From NCBI GenBank assembly GCA_001000035.1, contig LCGX01000001.1:1-26566 (forward strand): a DNA stretch of 26,566 nt, in the 5' to 3' direction. The stretch is from Candidatus Nomurabacteria bacterium GW2011_GWF2_43_8. GTDB lineage: Bacteria > Patescibacteriota > Minisyncoccia > Phycocordibacterales > UBA9973. Positions 23,812 through 26,566 of the stretch are shown piece after piece (position 1 is the first letter of the stretch; the number at the start of each line of letters is the position of its first letter). The position numbers and the translations under genes are program-made. The notes beneath the pieces were generated by a model. The model did not search any database, was not told the origin of the DNA, and worked only from the letters and a program-made list of their open reading frames with translations.

Positions 23812-25149
23812 TTATTTCAGAATCTTAATGTCCGCCCCAATAGAATTGAGCCGCTTGGCTATTTCTTCATACCCGCGGTTTATCATATAGACATTTCGTA
23901 GAATTGAAGTGCCTTCGGCGGCCAGCATAGATACCAAAATAACCATAGATGGACGCAGGGCCGGCGGGCAAACAACCTGCGCGCCCCGCAATTTTGTTCC
24001 CCCATTTATATAAACCCGGTGCGGATCAGCAAGAGTAACTTTTGCACCAAGCCGATTCAGCTCAGTAAAATATAATGCGCGATCCTCATAAACCCAATCA
24101 TGGATCATTGTTTGCCCTTTTGCCCGTATTGCAATAGGTACAAAAAATGGAAGATTGTCTATGTTTATTCCCGGATAGGGATTGGAGTGGATCTTGTCCG
24201 GAAGGGCTGTGAGCTTGCTCGGAAATATCTCGATATCGGCCAGCTTGGTTCGCCCGTTGTATGAGTAATACTTTTTTAGAATTTTATACTTCAAATTCAT
24301 TCTCTTTAATTTTTCCAGTTCGAGCGCGAGAAAATCGATCGGGCACCTGGTAACGGCCAATCTTGAATCCGTCACAATGCAGGCCGAAATGAACATCATT
24401 GATTCAATCGGGTCCTCGCTGTTCCAGTATTCGATATCTTTGTTTATTTCTTTTATTCCGTGAACTGTCAGGGTAGAAGTACCGATGCCGTCTATTTTTA
24501 CGCCCAGTGTTTCAAGGAAAAAACATATTTCCTGCACCATATAATTCGCGCTGGCAAAAGAAATAATCGTTTTGCCAGGAATCAAGGCAGAAGCGGTTAA
24601 AACATTCTCGCAGGCCGTATCTCCGGATTCATACATCACGATTTCGGCTGGTTTTAATTTCGGCGCTTTTATCTCATAATTTGAGGTTATTGTTTTTATT
24701 TTTACGCCGAGCTTTTCCAACGCGTAAGTGTGCGCGGCAATCGTGCGCTTGCCCAAACTGCACCCTTGCGGGTGGGGAATGGCGAATGACTGCAAAAAGT
24801 GAATCATCGGCCCGATCAGCATGACGACCGAGCGGGTCTTGACGGCCGAATCGGTATTTATGTTTTTTAAATTGAATTGCTTGGGAGGAGCGATAACTAC
24901 CGTATTTTTCCCTTTCCATTCGACTTTTGCGCCGATACTCTCCAAAATCTCGATTACCCGGTAAACTTCTTCGATGCGGGCGATGCCGTGAAGCGTAGTC
25001 ACCCCCTTATTAATCAAAGAAGCGCAGAGCAACCCGACCGAACCATTCTTAGAAAAATTCGTTTGGATAGTTCCGTGGAGCTTCCGTCCGCCGTTGACTT
25101 GAAAATCAATCGAAGGTGTATGAATAGGTTGTGACTTTTTGTTTTTCAT
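23812..25149 (-). CDS. murA: UDP-N-acetylglucosamine 1-carboxyvinyltransferase
   Basis: SKN lysine motif; QGCSLGKR with the active-site Cys; PYPGINID; YEDRALYFTELNRLGA; INRGYEEI. Confidence 0.92.
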   Translation of the reverse strand: MKNKKSQPIHTPSIDFQVNGGRKLHGTIQTNFSKNGSVGLLCASLINKGVTTLHGIARIEEVYRVIEILESIGAKVEWKGKNTVVIAPPKQFNLKNINTDSAVKTRSVVMLIGPMIHFLQSFAIPHPQGCSLGKRTIAAHTYALEKLGVKIKTITSNYEIKAPKLKPAEIVMYESGDTACENVLTASALIPGKTIISFASANYMVQEICFFLETLGVKIDGIGTSTLTVHGIKEINKDIEYWNSEDPIESMMFISACIVTDSRLAVTRCPIDFLALELEKLKRMNLKYKILKKYYSYNGRTKLADIEIFPSKLTALPDKIHSNPYPGINIDNLPFFVPIAIRAKGQTMIHDWVYEDRALYFTELNRLGAKVTLADPHRVYINGGTKLRGAQVVCPPALRPSMVILVSMLAAEGTSILRNVYMINRGYEEIAKRLNSIGADIKILK

Positions 25150-25162
25150 AATTTTGTTCCTG

Positions 25163-25246
25163 TGCCGCGGGAGAGAATTGAACTCTCATGAGGTTGCCCT
25201 CGAACGATTTTGAGTCGTTTGCGTCTACCAATTCCGCCACCGCGGC
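25163..25246 (-). tRNA. trnL: tRNA-Leu (CAA), 3' CCA not encoded
   Basis: Acceptor GCCGCGG/CCGCGGC; anticodon arm AACGA-CT-CAA-AA-TCGTT; long variable arm; T arm GAGAG-TTCAATT-CTCTC. Confidence 0.95.
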
Positions 25247-25305
25247 AATCCACACATTCTACACAAAATTATGCCCAAAATCAATTATCTTAAAAAAAAT
25301 CTTTG

Positions 25306-25314
25306 TGCTAAAAT
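25306..25314 (+). promoter_or_regulatory. Extended -10 for parB (leaderless-type)
   Basis: TG-c-TAAAAT ending 6 nt before ATG 25321. Confidence 0.55.
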
Positions 25315-25320
25315 ACACTT

Positions 25321-26298
25321 ATGTCCAACCTGTATTCCAATTCAATTTTCTGGATTGACACCGATAAAATCAAACCGAACCCTTTTCAGCCGAGGCGGGA
25401 TTTTGACGAGGTAAAATTGCAGGACTTGGCGGATTCCATAAAGCAATATGGGGTTCTTCAACCGCTTATTGTTTCTCGGGTGGAAGTGGAAAAAGAAGGC
25501 GGGGGAATCGTGACGGAATATGAATTGATTGCCGGCGAGCGCCGACTCCGGGCCGCCAAGCTCGCTCAAGTATTGCAAGTCCCGGTTGTCATCCGCACCG
25601 GAGACACGGCCATAATGAAATTAGAGCTTTCAATTATTGAAAACTTACAGCGCGAAGATTTGAATGCTGTTGATCGGGCTCGAGCTTTTTTCCGGCTGGT
25701 TACTGAATTTAAATTCACTCACAACGAAATCGCAAAAAAAATGGGCAAAAGCCGGGAATATGTTTCCAATTCTTTGCGTATTTTAACCTTGCCGGAAGAT
25801 GTTTTGAACGCTCTATCCGAAGGAAAAATCAGCGAAGGGCATACTCGGCCGATTTTAATGCTGGCCGACCATCCGGAAGAACAGATGGTTTTATTCAAGG
25901 AAATTTTATACAAAAAAATTACCGTGCGCGAAGCTGAACGATTGGCGCGGAAAATCGCTTATGACCGCGTGCGCAAGAAAGAATATATGCCGGATCCGGA
26001 AATTACCGAACTGGAAGAAGAATTTCAGGAAAAACTTGGCACTAGAGTACACATCGACAGAAAAGAACTGGGGGGGCAGATTAAAATCGATTTTTTCTCC
26101 ACGGAAGACCTGCGGACAATTTTGGATCTGATTCACAAGGTAGAACTAGAAAAAAAGCCGGACGACATGCTGGAAAAACACATAGCGCAGAATAATTCAG
26201 AAACAGAAAAAGCAGAGGAAGTCGTCGATGACCGGAGTAAAGAAGAAGTAAAACAGGACGACGCCGAGCTCTATAATATTTCCAATTTTAACGTCTGA
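25321..26298 (+). CDS. parB: ParB/Spo0J partition protein
   Basis: NPFQPRRDF; GVLQPLIV; LIAGERRLRAA; ENLQREDLN; HTH IAKKMGKSREYVSNSLR. Confidence 0.95.
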   Translation: MSNLYSNSIFWIDTDKIKPNPFQPRRDFDEVKLQDLADSIKQYGVLQPLIVSRVEVEKEGGGIVTEYELIAGERRLRAAKLAQVLQVPVVIRTGDTAIMKLELSIIENLQREDLNAVDRARAFFRLVTEFKFTHNEIAKKMGKSREYVSNSLRILTLPEDVLNALSEGKISEGHTRPILMLADHPEEQMVLFKEILYKKITVREAERLARKIAYDRVRKKEYMPDPEITELEEEFQEKLGTRVHIDRKELGGQIKIDFFSTEDLRTILDLIHKVELEKKPDDMLEKHIAQNNSETEKAEEVVDDRSKEEVKQDDAELYNISNFNV

Positions 26299-26355
26299 TT
26301 AGCTCCGGCCGAAGGACTCGCCTATAGGACGTTAGTTAGCTCCGGCCGAAGGACT
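26299..26355. repeat. 20-bp direct repeat x2 with 17-bp spacer
   Basis: TTAGCTCCGGCCGAAGGACT at 26299-26318 and 26336-26355; spacer contains palindrome CCTATAGG. Confidence 0.85.
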
Positions 26356-26566
26356 TGAGCTTGGAGAGCAAGCTATTTTTTTCCAGATACGACTTGATAT
26401 GTTTTTTGGCAATGGAAGTTTTTACATAATCAAGCCATTTATTTGACGGCTTAGCATCTTTTTTAGTTATTATTTCCACGATGTCCCCGTTCTTTAATTT
26501 TGAAAAAATCGGCGACATTTTACCGTTTATTTTGGCTCCGGAAGTATGATCTCCGATATCCGAGTG
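26336..26566 (-). CDS. relA: 3' end of a RelA/SpoT homologue (TGS domain), partial
   Basis: HSDIGDHTSGAKINGKMSPIFSKLKNGDIVEIIT then PSNKWLDYVKTSIAKKHIK; frame open to the window edge. Confidence 0.8.
   Translation of the reverse strand, partial: HSDIGDHTSGAKINGKMSPIFSKLKNGDIVEIITKKDAKPSNKWLDYVKTSIAKKHIKSYLEKNSLLSKLKSFGRS

Noticed and set aside
23812-25149. Intrinsically fosfomycin-resistant MurA
   Set aside because: The active-site Cys is retained (QGCSLGKR), not the Asp variant.
26299-26355. Mini CRISPR array
   Set aside because: Only two 20-bp repeats, a 17-bp spacer, one copy inside a CDS, and no cas genes.

Overview
Housekeeping-rich window from a reduced, AT-rich bacterium. The gene set and protein styles point to Patescibacteria/CPR, probably Parcubacteria (inference). 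TGA is used as a stop in ddl, parB and miaA, consistent with code 11. In order: tail of an upstream CDS; F0F1 ATP synthase operon (atpZ/I, B, E, F, H, A, G, D, C) whose c-subunit gene atpE is broken by an internal frameshifting deletion; rsmI; two unannotated minus-strand small ORFs; helicase-degenerate priA; mreB; holB-like gene; three paralogous ~560-590 aa Cys-rich proteins interleaved with frr and rseP; a tandem two-domain D-Ala-D-Ala ligase resembling the plant/moss plastid enzyme; rpmG; tRNA-Trp; a small membrane protein; NUDIX; holin-family gene; miaA; DUF296; murA; tRNA-Leu; parB; and the 3' end of a RelA/SpoT homologue. Non-coding signals: seven genes have -10 boxes 6-7 nt before the start codon (leaderless pattern), a DnaA box sits at the ddl promoter, and there are several small palindromic or heptamer repeats, one apparently inserted in frame into rsmI. 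No CRISPR, integrase, transposase or rRNA seen. Family assignments come from motif recognition by eye, not database searches.
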